DNA of 64,000 nucleotides. Source: an uncultured Verrucomicrobiota bacterium (GTDB lineage Bacteria > Auribacterota > JABMQX01). Positions 8,734 to 18,090 of the stretch are shown here, in pieces. A program made the position numbers and the translations under genes. The stretch is from contig CAYZXL010000017.1 in NCBI GenBank assembly GCA_964482435.1, positions 10,932 through 74,931 on the forward strand, read 5' to 3'. The notes under the pieces are model-generated. The model was given only the letters and a program-made list of their open reading frames with translations, made no database searches and was not told the origin of the DNA. Position 1 is the stretch's first letter. Each line of letters begins with the position of its first letter.

Positions 8734-11700
8734 TCAACGAACAACTTCGACTTTGTAGAACCGAGACCCGAGGCCCGGGGTTTCCCAATCGAAAAGGGAT
8801 AGCGACGAATCGAACGAAAGCAGCGTGATTGCTCCACCAATCGGCTGCCAATTGGCGAGGTCTGTGCTGAAATAGCACTGGTAAGTTTTCCCGTAAGCGG
8901 CTGTCCAGCGAATCACCGTGCCTTGCGGCATGGAAATGATTTCCATAATCCAGAAAAGAGAACTCGCGTCACGCGGGTCGGTGCGCGCGAATACCTCCTC
9001 GCCATCGCTCTTCCCGTCACCGTCCGTATCGGGCTTGAGAGGGTCTGTGCCGTGGGCATAAACCTCCTTGCCATCGCTCAGGCCGTCGGCGTCCGTGTCT
9101 TCGTTTTTAGGGTCTGTGGCACGCTGATACTCCTGGAAGTTGGTCAGACCATCCCCGTCCGCATCGCCGCGCGCGTCGTTTACAGGAGCATTCAGCCCGT
9201 TGGCAACCTCCCAGCCGTCCGGCATCTTATCCCCGTCGGTATCCGCGGAAGTCGGCGATGTGCCGTACGTATCAACCTCCATCCCGTCGTTCAGACCATC
9301 GGCATCGGTGTCGCTATTTTGAGGGTCCGCGAGGTGAAGAAACTCACCCGCGTTGGGCAAGCCGTCGTTGTCCGGGTCCTCGCCGCCGTCGTTTCTCAGC
9401 GGATCAAGCTTATGCTCGACCTCCCATGCATCAGGCATCTGGTCGCCATCTGTGTCAACGGAGCAAGGGTTTGTCCCATACGTAATGGCCTCCTCCCCGT
9501 CCGTCAACCCATCCCCATCACTATCGGTCTCCATCGGGTCGGAATGGTACGTATTGACTTCCTCGCCATCGCTCAGCCCGTCGCCGTCCGTGTCCGGGTT
9601 GTTCGGGTCGGCTGAGAACAATAGCTCGTCGGCATTTGGCAGACCATCAGCGTCCGGGTCATCTTCCGGCCCCATCCACAGCATGGCAAAATGAGTTATC
9701 TCCCAGAAGTCCGGGAGACCGTCCACGTCCGCGTCCACATGCTCATCAGCTCCAATATCCAGTCGAGAACCGAACGGCCTGTACTCCCCGTCGAGGTCAA
9801 CGCGCGGAAGGTCGGGCACATCGTTCGTTCCTGCGTCAATGCACGGCGAGCCCGACCGGAGGTGGTAGTCTCCCCTCGACGGATTCACAAAGAGCGGGTC
9901 GTGCGCTATGTTTCCTTCGCCGAGATACCCGCCCTGAACATCGCAGCAGGTCAAGAGCAATTCCGCTTGCTCCGCGCGAACCTCGTCGGGGGTGTCCCCC
10001 CACAGGATGCAATTTGTCAGCGCCGGTGAGCTCTCAGAACAGAAAATCCCACCGCCCGAAGACGTCGCCATGTTGCCAACGACAGTGCAGTTGGTCACCG
10101 TGGCATTGCTCTGGCCCGAGCAGAAAATGCCGCCACCCCTCTGTTGAGCCTGGTTTGCCGCGATCATGCAATTCGTAATCCTCGGACTGCTCTGGTTGAG
10201 GCATTGAACACCAGCTCCGTCCTTCGCCGAGTTGCTAAGAAGGATGCAGTTGATGACCCCGGGATTGCTCTGCTCATCGCAGGAAATGCCCCCGCCATAG
10301 TCCGCGTTGTTGCCGGTGATGGCGCAATTGATGATCGTCGGACTGCTTTTAGCCTTGCAGCAAATGCCACCGCCGTAGTCCGCTGAGCCGGACCGGACGG
10401 TGAAGCCATCAAGCACAGATGCGGGCGTTTCGCCGCCGTGAAAATGGAAACCGCGGCCAAGGCGTTCGCAATCTATCACGGTATTCCCCGCCCCTTCCGC
10501 GGATTTCACCGTGATTTCTTTACCGCCGAAATCAATGCCGCGGTTCCCCGGGCCGGAATATGTCCCCGGTGCCACGAGTACAGTGTAGTCCCAGCCGGTT
10601 ATCGCCGCGTCAATCGCAGCCTGGAAGGTCTTCTTAGGGCCATGAATCGCCTCGGGGAAGGCGGCCAGGCCATCGTAGCGGTCGTCACCGAATGTGCCAT
10701 TGACGTAGTAGGTCAACTCGGGGTTATCCGGGTGAAAGACGTTGGTTGCGTGAAATATTTCGTAGGCATCGCTCCATCCGTCACCATCAGCGTCGGCGTC
10801 AAGGGCCGGATTGGTGCCGTGCTGATACTCCTGGAGCGTCGTAAGTCCATCTCCGTCGGGGTCGTCCTGCGGACCGGAGACCGACACGGAACCGAAGTAT
10901 TTCCGTTCCCACCAATCGGGCAACGAGTCAAAGTCAGTGTCAACATACTCATCGGCCCCAATATCCACCTGAGTGCCATAGGGCCGGACCTCGCCTTCAA
11001 AATCCGCACCGGGAGCATTTGTGGCGGTCCCCGCGTCAATGCAGGGCGAGCCCGGGCGCAGGTGGAAGCCCTCGTCAAAAAGCGGGGCAGCGTCTATGTT
11101 CCCGTCACCGGGCCATCCGCCCTGGACATCACAGTAAGCGATTTGCGGGGCGACCCCCGGCGCCGAGACTTGCCATGGCGAATTCCCCCACAGGACTGTG
11201 TTCACTATGAATATGCCCGCCTGTGGGTGGCACCAGATGCCGCCAGTCGGGTTGTCTGCAATGGTGCAGTTTGTGACAACGATGCTCGCCTGTTCTTTGA
11301 GGCAAATTGCCCCACCTCCTCCAGCACTGGAATTCCCGGCAATAACACAGTTCGTGATCTGGAGCAAGCCACTGCCCTCGTACAGGATAGCCCCGGCATC
11401 GTTACCCGAGTTGTCGGTAATGACGCAATCGGCCACCGTGCATGATGGGACCGCCATGCGCACTCCGCCAAAGCCAGAATTTCTGGTAATGACGTTGTGG
11501 GCTATTGTCAGCGCATCCGTACCCCCCGTTATTCCCCCGCCGCGATTGTTGCTGACCACGTTACCGACGATGGTGGCACCGCAGGGACCGAAGCACAGGA
11601 TTCCGAGTTCGCGGTTGGCGGTTATGGTGTTGCCAGAAATGTTGGATTCTGTGTTGGACCAAATCCCGGTCGAATTTGCCGTGATGAGGTTATCCGCAAT

Positions 11701-13287
11701 CTCGGGAGAAGTCCCGTAATAGGCCCAGACGCCGTAGGAGTTCTCCGTGAAGGTGTTCTCCTTGATCACGGGAGAGCACTCGAGGCCGCTGCACTGGATG
11801 GCTCTGTCGTTGCCGCGAAAAAGGTTGGAAACAATAAGAGGGGAACAGCGGTCTTCGCAGACCACTCCGCATCTACCCCCGGCGACGGTGAACCCCGTTA
11901 GGACGCTGTCCGGGCCTTCGCCGCTATCGAACGTGACGGTGCTCAGGGACCCTTCCGCATCGATAATCGTTGACGCGACAATCCCCGGATCCTGCGGGTC
12001 CTTGGAGCGCAGAGTAATTGCCTTTCCCCTGAAGTTTATACACTCGCGGTAATGGCCGGGAGCAACAATGACGACGTCCTTGTCCCACGCCGCGTCAATC
12101 CCTTCCTGGATGTGTCTGAACGCTGTCTCCCAGGAGAGGCCGTCCGGCTCTTTGGTCGCTGCGCAGTCAACGTAGATGAACGAAGGTGTTGTGGGGTTGG
12201 AGCCTCTTCGGAGCTCTTCAATGTTCGTTCGAGAGTCGCCGTCCGGGTTACCGTCCGCAGCTTGAGACAGGTCGTGGAACCATCGCATTTCCCAGTCGTC
12301 CGGCAAGCCGTCCGCATCTACGTCGAGCGAAGCAGGCACCGCATTAGGGGTGTTGCCATAAGCACCCATGTCTATTCGCCCACCGTTAGGCTCAGGCTCA
12401 CGCGAGAAATCAGACGCCGGGTCCCCGGCGTCAACGCACGGCGACCAGCTTTGAAGACGGTAATCGTTCTTATCGGGCGCGACGAAATGAGGCCAAGCCC
12501 ATGTATTCCCGGCCAATGGATCGCCCCCGCGAAGACACGAGTAAACGGCCGAGCAGGAGTACAAATCGCTGCCATTGCCCACGAATATGCAGTTGCTGAT
12601 CGTCGCCGAACACATGTAATCGCAAAAAATGGCAAATCCCACGTTATCAACGATTGTGTTGTTCACAATCTTCAGCGACGACTGGTTGTAGTAGATGCCG
12701 CCCATGTTATTGCTGGAGGAGTTCCGGGCAATGACGTTGTTGGCAACAACAGCTTGCGAGTTGTGCGTGTAGATACCACCCCCTATCCACGCCTCGTTGG
12801 ACACGATGACGTTGTTTATGATCGTGGGCGACGAATTATCGCAGTAGATGCCGCCTCCCCAGTCGGACTTCCCATTGGTTATGGTGAAACCCCTGAGGAC
12901 CGCGCTGGGTCCCTCTCCGGAGGAAAACGTTACGACTGGCCCCAGTTCCTGTCCGTCTATGACTGTCGCTGCGACAACAGCGAAATCGTCAGGGTCTTCC
13001 GACCGAACAGTGATTTCCTTTCCCCTGAAGCTAATGTTCTCCTCATAGACCCCCGCCCGGACAATAACCGTGTCCCCGCCACTGGCGGAATCAATCGCTT
13101 GCTGGATGGTCTTGAAGGCCATCTCCCGCGTCGTTCCATCGCCCGATTCCGGAACCGAGGCGTCAACATACCACTCGGCCGCTATCAAGGCGCGTGGAAG
13201 GAAACCGAGAGAAAGAGCGGATGCTGCTAAAAGAAAGGCTTTGGCAATCATTGTCCCCTCTGCTTTTCCGACCACCCCCGAAATCAT
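8734..13287 (-). CDS. Secreted modular beta-helix/TSP3-repeat protein (paralog C, 3 modules), with a long TSP3-like array and the conserved C-terminal domain
   Basis: 1517-aa ORF. Signal-like N-terminus (MIAKAFLLAASALSLGFLPRALIAAEWYVD). Three DUF1565-like starts (WYVDASV, FIYVDCAAT, YYVNGTF). Beta-helix rungs. About 10 TSP3-like repeats (DTDGDGLSDGEE, DTDADGLNDGME, DADGDGLTNFQE). C-terminus SLFWIMEI..RWTAAYGKTYQCYFSTDL..RFYKVEVVR. Gaps of 65-75 bp to the neighbouring paralogs suggest co-transcription. Confidence 0.8.
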   Translation of the reverse strand: MISGVVGKAEGTMIAKAFLLAASALSLGFLPRALIAAEWYVDASVPESGDGTTREMAFKTIQQAIDSASGGDTVIVRAGVYEENISFRGKEITVRSEDPDDFAVVAATVIDGQELGPVVTFSSGEGPSAVLRGFTITNGKSDWGGGIYCDNSSPTIINNVIVSNEAWIGGGIYTHNSQAVVANNVIARNSSSNNMGGIYYNQSSLKIVNNTIVDNVGFAIFCDYMCSATISNCIFVGNGSDLYSCSAVYSCLRGGDPLAGNTWAWPHFVAPDKNDYRLQSWSPCVDAGDPASDFSREPEPNGGRIDMGAYGNTPNAVPASLDVDADGLPDDWEMRWFHDLSQAADGNPDGDSRTNIEELRRGSNPTTPSFIYVDCAATKEPDGLSWETAFRHIQEGIDAAWDKDVVIVAPGHYRECINFRGKAITLRSKDPQDPGIVASTIIDAEGSLSTVTFDSGEGPDSVLTGFTVAGGRCGVVCEDRCSPLIVSNLFRGNDRAIQCSGLECSPVIKENTFTENSYGVWAYYGTSPEIADNLITANSTGIWSNTESNISGNTITANRELGILCFGPCGATIVGNVVSNNRGGGITGGTDALTIAHNVITRNSGFGGVRMAVPSCTVADCVITDNSGNDAGAILYEGSGLLQITNCVIAGNSSAGGGGAICLKEQASIVVTNCTIADNPTGGIWCHPQAGIFIVNTVLWGNSPWQVSAPGVAPQIAYCDVQGGWPGDGNIDAAPLFDEGFHLRPGSPCIDAGTATNAPGADFEGEVRPYGTQVDIGADEYVDTDFDSLPDWWERKYFGSVSVSGPQDDPDGDGLTTLQEYQHGTNPALDADADGDGWSDAYEIFHATNVFHPDNPELTYYVNGTFGDDRYDGLAAFPEAIHGPKKTFQAAIDAAITGWDYTVLVAPGTYSGPGNRGIDFGGKEITVKSAEGAGNTVIDCERLGRGFHFHGGETPASVLDGFTVRSGSADYGGGICCKAKSSPTIINCAITGNNADYGGGISCDEQSNPGVINCILLSNSAKDGAGVQCLNQSSPRITNCMIAANQAQQRGGGIFCSGQSNATVTNCTVVGNMATSSGGGIFCSESSPALTNCILWGDTPDEVRAEQAELLLTCCDVQGGYLGEGNIAHDPLFVNPSRGDYHLRSGSPCIDAGTNDVPDLPRVDLDGEYRPFGSRLDIGADEHVDADVDGLPDFWEITHFAMLWMGPEDDPDADGLPNADELLFSADPNNPDTDGDGLSDGEEVNTYHSDPMETDSDGDGLTDGEEAITYGTNPCSVDTDGDQMPDAWEVEHKLDPLRNDGGEDPDNDGLPNAGEFLHLADPQNSDTDADGLNDGMEVDTYGTSPTSADTDGDKMPDGWEVANGLNAPVNDARGDADGDGLTNFQEYQRATDPKNEDTDADGLSDGKEVYAHGTDPLKPDTDGDGKSDGEEVFARTDPRDASSLFWIMEIISMPQGTVIRWTAAYGKTYQCYFSTDLANWQPIGGAITLLSFDSSLSLFDWETPGLGSRFYKVEVVR

Positions 13288-13414
13288 CTGCTACGCGTAA
13301 GCTTCGGACGCGCTGCTTCCCAAAAACCTGAGCACAATTTACTCAGTTTATGACGCTAATAATGAAGCCCAGAGCGCAAGTTGTCAATCCCAATCTTCCG
13401 GCCTGAGTAATCCC

Positions 13415-13729
13415 TCAGTCACGGGCGGGTTGGGACGGGTGTTGCGAGAAGAGGAGGTCGTAGGGATCCAGGTTGGGATTTTGGGCGAGGTGGTCGAGGG
13501 CGTTTTTGAAGCGGCCTTGGAAGCCAGCGAAGCGTTGCTTGAGGGTGAAGATGATGGTCGTGAGGATTTCGCGAGTCCGGGCACCCGCATCGGACTGAGA
13601 GCCGAAACTCACTTTCCCGGCGATGACCGAGGGGCGCGGTGGTGGCGGACGGCTGAAAGAGGAGCATAAGAGAGCAAAAACGTCGGACGTTCGGCGGGGC
13701 TCTATTATCTGACGGCGTCGCCGGTCCAA
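13415..13729 (-). pseudogene. Degenerate remnant resembling the C-terminal end of an IS5-family DDE transposase
   Basis: The translation ...IAGKVSFGS...REILTTIIFTLKQRFAGFQGRFKNALDHLA resembles the IS5-family C-terminal signature (..aDkGYds...R..vEhvFgvlKrqFgf.k.RyrGlaKN). There is no upstream transposase body. It lies in an ORF-poor spacer. Confidence 0.3.
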
Positions 13730-15757
13730 GAAGGTTTCAGTTCGGACAAGCAGAGTGCAAAAGAGCGTAAGGCTAAGGGGGATACCCCCCCGGCTGCAGG
13801 CACTTCCATCGCACTTGAATCATCGTCGGTTTTGACCCCGTTGTGCGGACTGCCCGAAGTGGGTGCCCGCAGCACCTTGCTGTGCAAGCGAAGCGTCTGC
13901 GCCGGGTCTGCTCGGGGGACCGGCCGGTATCGGCTCAGTCGCATCAGTCGTCTCCAAAAACTGTAGAGAAGGGGAGGCGGAAGGGGTCTGAGAGAGAAGG
14001 GTTGTCGAAAGTCTTCGGTGCAAGTGTTGAGTGGATTCCGCGCTTTTTGGGCTAAGCACCGAGCAATTCACGCTGCAACAGGGAAGGCCTCGAGAAAAGG
14101 TTCGTCGCAACTCGCTGGCCAGTAACTGATTTCAGGTTTTCACGTTGGCAGGCTTCGGCTTTGACCTGCTAAGGCGCGCCGGTTGCTCCTCCAGAAACAG
14201 CATTAATGGTGTGCGGAGTACGGAGCACCCATGTTCTGCAAGTTGACCAAAGGAACATGAATTTCATCGCATGATTGTCCAAACATGCGGATGGGAGTCC
14301 GATAACACCGCGGGCGTACACTTAAGCAAGAAGTTGGATACCCACGCCTGCTCGCCACATCACGTTGTCCTTTGGACCAACCGAACAGCAGGCAGGTTAC
14401 GGAACGAGAGCATATTCTCCGGACGAAGAGCCAGATTTCTGCGGGAGCGGTAAGCAGGCGCGGCATCTTCTGAACGTCGGTTGTGTTCATAAGCAGAGGC
14501 TGCTTTCCAATAAGGGATGTAACCGAGGGGGCGAAGCTGTGTATGGAACCAAGCGCATCGCTCTCGCTTGTAGCCGCCGATGTTGTTCAGACTCGGTGTT
14601 TGTGAATCGTGGAAGGCGGCCGCGGTTGACGTACGCAGGAAGAGGGCTTGTGTGCAAGGCTATCATACAGTCAGCGCCGTCTTAGTCAAAGAGGAAAGAC
14701 CCTGCCCGTCGGTGGCGCAAGGCCGCCCGAGGGCGGCTTCCCGCCTCTCTGGCGCCGTACTTCGCACACAAGCCCGCCGGCGGGCGGGGTCGCGTGAGAG
14801 TCGTGCTGAGCGGGCAAGCACCCCTGAGGTTACGTGCCGCTGATGTTCAGAACCCATTCTCGAGATTACCGATGTTCGGGCGGACAGCCACCACACTTGA
14901 TTACCGGAAGCGGCCAACTGCGTAGGCTCAAGAGTGTCTGGGCGGATTCCTGCGCTGCGGAAGAAGCAAAATCAGGTCGTATTATGGAGGCTGGTCAAAA
15001 TCCTTTCGCAGGGTCGCCCTCGAAATCCAAAGGAGCGAAGAGTCACGACAGTGGCGCGGAGACTCACGAAAGGGGGAAATGTTAGGCCATTTTCGGACCC
15101 AGTATGCTGGCGTGGGCAATCAAAGGCCCCGGCCCTTTGCCGGATTCCCCCCGCGCCTGTGCATACTCGACGGCAAAGCTCAGCAGGCGGGCGCCTTCAT
15201 CAGTCGTGGAGAACTGACTGCGGAAAACGTTCAGGACCCCTTCGCAGGATCGCCCTACGGAAGGCGCCCCCTCAACATGAAAAGGGATCATCGCTTGAAT
15301 CACGAGACAATAGTGGTGGCGTTGAGACGCGAGTTCTGCCGCGGAGAAACGCGGTTCGGCATGACCGCAAAGAGGGCAGCTCTATCGAGAAGCAGAGGCC
15401 CCTCCCCGCTGCCGGACTACGCCTCCCGACGGGGGACCCCGCCTCGGCCGCCGCAATAAGCCGAATCAAGGGCAAAGGGGCGTTGCAGCATGCAATTGGA
15501 CGGTTTGCTCCCCAGCACTGGCGTGAGTTGTAGCTCCGATTCTTCGACGCGGTAGCAACTTAACCTTCTGGGACCAGTTTTCACCGCCAAATCTCCGAGA
15601 GATGACGTCACAGGCTCGCTCCTATGTCCGGACCACCCAGCGCCGACAGGATATTGTTACTGCCCACTTTCAGGAACAGCACGTGGCTTATGCCGCAGCA
15701 TAGCATTGTTAACTATAATCCGCCGGACGTAATAACTTCATTTGCTGCTGGAAGGCG

Positions 15758-17341
15758 TTGAATGTTCGACGCGCATGGAACAGGAATCGGAATGAGAAAC
15801 GAAGAAGCACAGGTCTCCGCAAGACCGTGAGCGCAAGCTCGGATATAAGATTACAGAGCGCATTCGGGGAAGGCAGGAGATCGGGGGATGGTCTGGGCCA
15901 GCGCGCTGTGCGTGCGGGATTCTGGGTTTTTGGCATCCGCATCACGAGCCGCCTGTTAGGGTCGGTTCGCATGATCGTGCTCGCCCGCCTGTTGGCGCCG
16001 GAAGACCTCGGTTTGATGGGCATTGCGCTTCTGGCGGCATCCGCTTTGGAGACATTTTCACAGACCGGCTTCGATGCAGCTCTGATTCAGCAAAGGGAAA
16101 GGACTTATTCGTATCTGGATACGAGCTGGACGGCACAGGTCATTCGGGGCGTCTTGCTTTTCGGTATTCTTCTTACTTGTGCGCCGTTCGTCTCCGCATT
16201 CTTCAACGCGCCGGAGGCCGCGGCCATCGTTCGCGCCATTGCGGTCGCCGAATTACTCGAAGGATTCACAAATATAGGAATCATCCATTTCAAGAAGGAA
16301 CTGGAGTTCAACAAACAGTTCGTCTTCGAATCCAGCGCGACACTGGCGGATTTGGTCGTGACTGTTTCGCTGGCTTTCATTTTGAGAAACGTTTGGGCAT
16401 TGGTCTTTGGGTTGCTTGCTGGAAAAGCCGCCCATTGTATTGCATCGTATGTGATTCACCCATATCGTCCACACCCCGCGTTTGATCGGCGGCAACTGAG
16501 GGAGCTCCTTGGCTTTGGGAAGTGGGTTTTCGGCTCGAGTGTTCTGGTTTTTCTTCTCACTCAGGGAGATGATGCCCTCGTAGGAAAATTGCTGGGGGCG
16601 AGCACGCTGGCGTTTTATCAGGTGGCTTATCGGATTTCGAACTTGCCGGCAACCGAGATCACACATGTCATTTTTCAGGTGGCGTTCCCGGCTTACTCGA
16701 AACTGCAAGACAATATACCCAAACTGAGGAGCGCCTTTCTGGCGGCCTTGCAGATTACGGCGCTGCTATCCATTCCATTGGCAGGACTCACCTTTGTATT
16801 GGCCCTTCCTCTGACGACAATCCTTCTGGGAGAAAAATGGCTTCCCATCGTCGAAGCAATGCAGGTGCTATCGCTCTTCGGTGTGCTGAGGTCCATAGGA
16901 GCCTCACTGGGCGCCATCGCGCTGGCGACCGGGCAGCCCCAGATTGAAACAAAAATCTCTGTAGTCCAATTATCCCTCTTGGCGGCCATCATCTATCCGT
17001 TAACCAGAAGATGGGGAATCCTTGGGACCTCCTGGGCCACAATCGTTCCGATGATTGTCAGTGTTGTGTCACTTGTGTTTGCAACGAAACGCATTCTTCA
17101 TTTTCGGTATCAGGACTTGCTTTTGCGGCTCTTCATTCCCCTGAGCGCCGTCGTTGCGATGGCTTTCGTCATCCTTGTTTTCCAGAAACTCCTGCTGCCG
17201 TCAATGACATTTCTTTCTCTTTTGTTCCTTCTGGTACTGGGCGGCTCCGTCTACGCAGTTTTCCTACTCTTACTGAGCAGGCTCTTCGGATGCAACATGC
17301 ATAGAATACCACCGCTCGTGCAGAGAACGTGGAAACAATGA
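15758..17341 (+). CDS. wzx: Wzx-like oligosaccharide flippase (MOP/Polysacc_synt family). The true start is probably GTG 15908 or ATG 15971
   Basis: Multi-TM protein. N-terminus FWVFGIRITSRLLGSVRMIVLARLLAPEDLGLMGIALLAASALETFSQTGFDAALIQ is typical of Wzx. It opens a co-directional gene series with overlapping stops and starts. Confidence 0.8.
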   Translation: MNVRRAWNRNRNEKRRSTGLRKTVSASSDIRLQSAFGEGRRSGDGLGQRAVRAGFWVFGIRITSRLLGSVRMIVLARLLAPEDLGLMGIALLAASALETFSQTGFDAALIQQRERTYSYLDTSWTAQVIRGVLLFGILLTCAPFVSAFFNAPEAAAIVRAIAVAELLEGFTNIGIIHFKKELEFNKQFVFESSATLADLVVTVSLAFILRNVWALVFGLLAGKAAHCIASYVIHPYRPHPAFDRRQLRELLGFGKWVFGSSVLVFLLTQGDDALVGKLLGASTLAFYQVAYRISNLPATEITHVIFQVAFPAYSKLQDNIPKLRSAFLAALQITALLSIPLAGLTFVLALPLTTILLGEKWLPIVEAMQVLSLFGVLRSIGASLGAIALATGQPQIETKISVVQLSLLAAIIYPLTRRWGILGTSWATIVPMIVSVVSLVFATKRILHFRYQDLLLRLFIPLSAVVAMAFVILVFQKLLLPSMTFLSLLFLLVLGGSVYAVFLLLLSRLFGCNMHRIPPLVQRTWKQ

Positions 17342-18075
17342 TCCGACGAGTTGCCAAGGCGGCGCTTCGCATTCTTGATAGCCGACTGAAAACGAACTTG
17401 GAGTCTCACGCGGTAGCCTTCGTGGCTGCATGGTATCGCTCGCCAGTCCTGAATTTCCTTCGCCGAAACTTCGAGTTTGCCCGTGTTCGTTGGAAGTACT
17501 TAGTCGGAGTGTGCTCCAGCAACAACATCAAACTGCATTTGGGGTGTGGTGGGGTACATTTTGATGGTTACGTGAACATTGATTGGAGAAAAACGATTGC
17601 AACGGACTTGGTGTGCGATATTAGAAAGCTACCGTATCCGGACAAGTCGGTTGAGACAATCGAAACCTACCATGTGATTGAGCACTTGCCGAGGTGCGAT
17701 GTCGCCAGGGCCTTGAGAGAGTGGTATAGGGTATTGAAACCGAATGGGAAACTGATTATTGAGTGCCCCGATTTCGATTATAACGTTCGTGCCTACTTGA
17801 AGGGAGGGGACTCGACGATGCAGCTGTATTATGTCTATGGAAGGCATCGCTTCCCGGGGGATGTTCATTACTGGGGCTATAATTTTCGACGACTCGAGAA
17901 ACTGCTCAAAGAATGTCAATACACCGACATCAGAAAGCAAAATGCACAGGATAATCACTCCGAGGAAGGAGGGTGTCTGCGGGCGGAGTGTCGAAGGCCG
18001 GCGCGGGAACCCGCTTGCCTGTATGCGCAAGACGCCAGCCGCAATGGGTTCGCGTCTTCCGAGAGAGACTTATGA
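17329..18075 (+). CDS. Class I SAM-dependent methyltransferase
   Basis: KLHLGCGGVHFDGYVNIDW...VIEHLP...WYRVLKPNGKLIIECPDF (Methyltransf_11/23-like). The GTG start overlaps the wzx stop. Confidence 0.75.
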   Translation: METMIRRVAKAALRILDSRLKTNLESHAVAFVAAWYRSPVLNFLRRNFEFARVRWKYLVGVCSSNNIKLHLGCGGVHFDGYVNIDWRKTIATDLVCDIRKLPYPDKSVETIETYHVIEHLPRCDVARALREWYRVLKPNGKLIIECPDFDYNVRAYLKGGDSTMQLYYVYGRHRFPGDVHYWGYNFRRLEKLLKECQYTDIRKQNAQDNHSEEGGCLRAECRRPAREPACLYAQDASRNGFASSERDL

Positions 18076-18090
18076 CTCGACGGCACCGGT

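Noticed and set aside
365-13230. Many plus-strand ORFs of 60-390 aa (e.g. 10438-11445, 12052-13230, 8923-9615) overlapping the beta-helix genes.
   Set aside because: They are antisense to long, motif-rich minus-strand genes, have low-complexity Arg/Gly/Val-rich translations, and share no frame or motif. They are typical high-GC shadow ORFs.
1-13287. Periodic repeats that could be mistaken for a CRISPR array or satellite.
   Set aside because: The period is ~66 bp (rungs) and ~1.1 kb (modules), copies are only 70-90% identical, and they lie inside one continuous coding frame. There are no short identical repeats with unique spacers and no cas genes.
14934-15533. 199-aa plus-strand ORF in the spacer region.
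   Set aside because: Arg/Pro/Ser-rich low-complexity translation, no start context, no motif. Most likely non-coding.
13288-15757. Search for tRNA/tmRNA/RNase P-like signatures in the ORF-poor spacer (T-loop GGTTCGAATCC, RNase P GGAAAGTCCGGGCTCC).
   Set aside because: No such conserved cores were found by eye. An ncRNA cannot be excluded without covariance-model searches.
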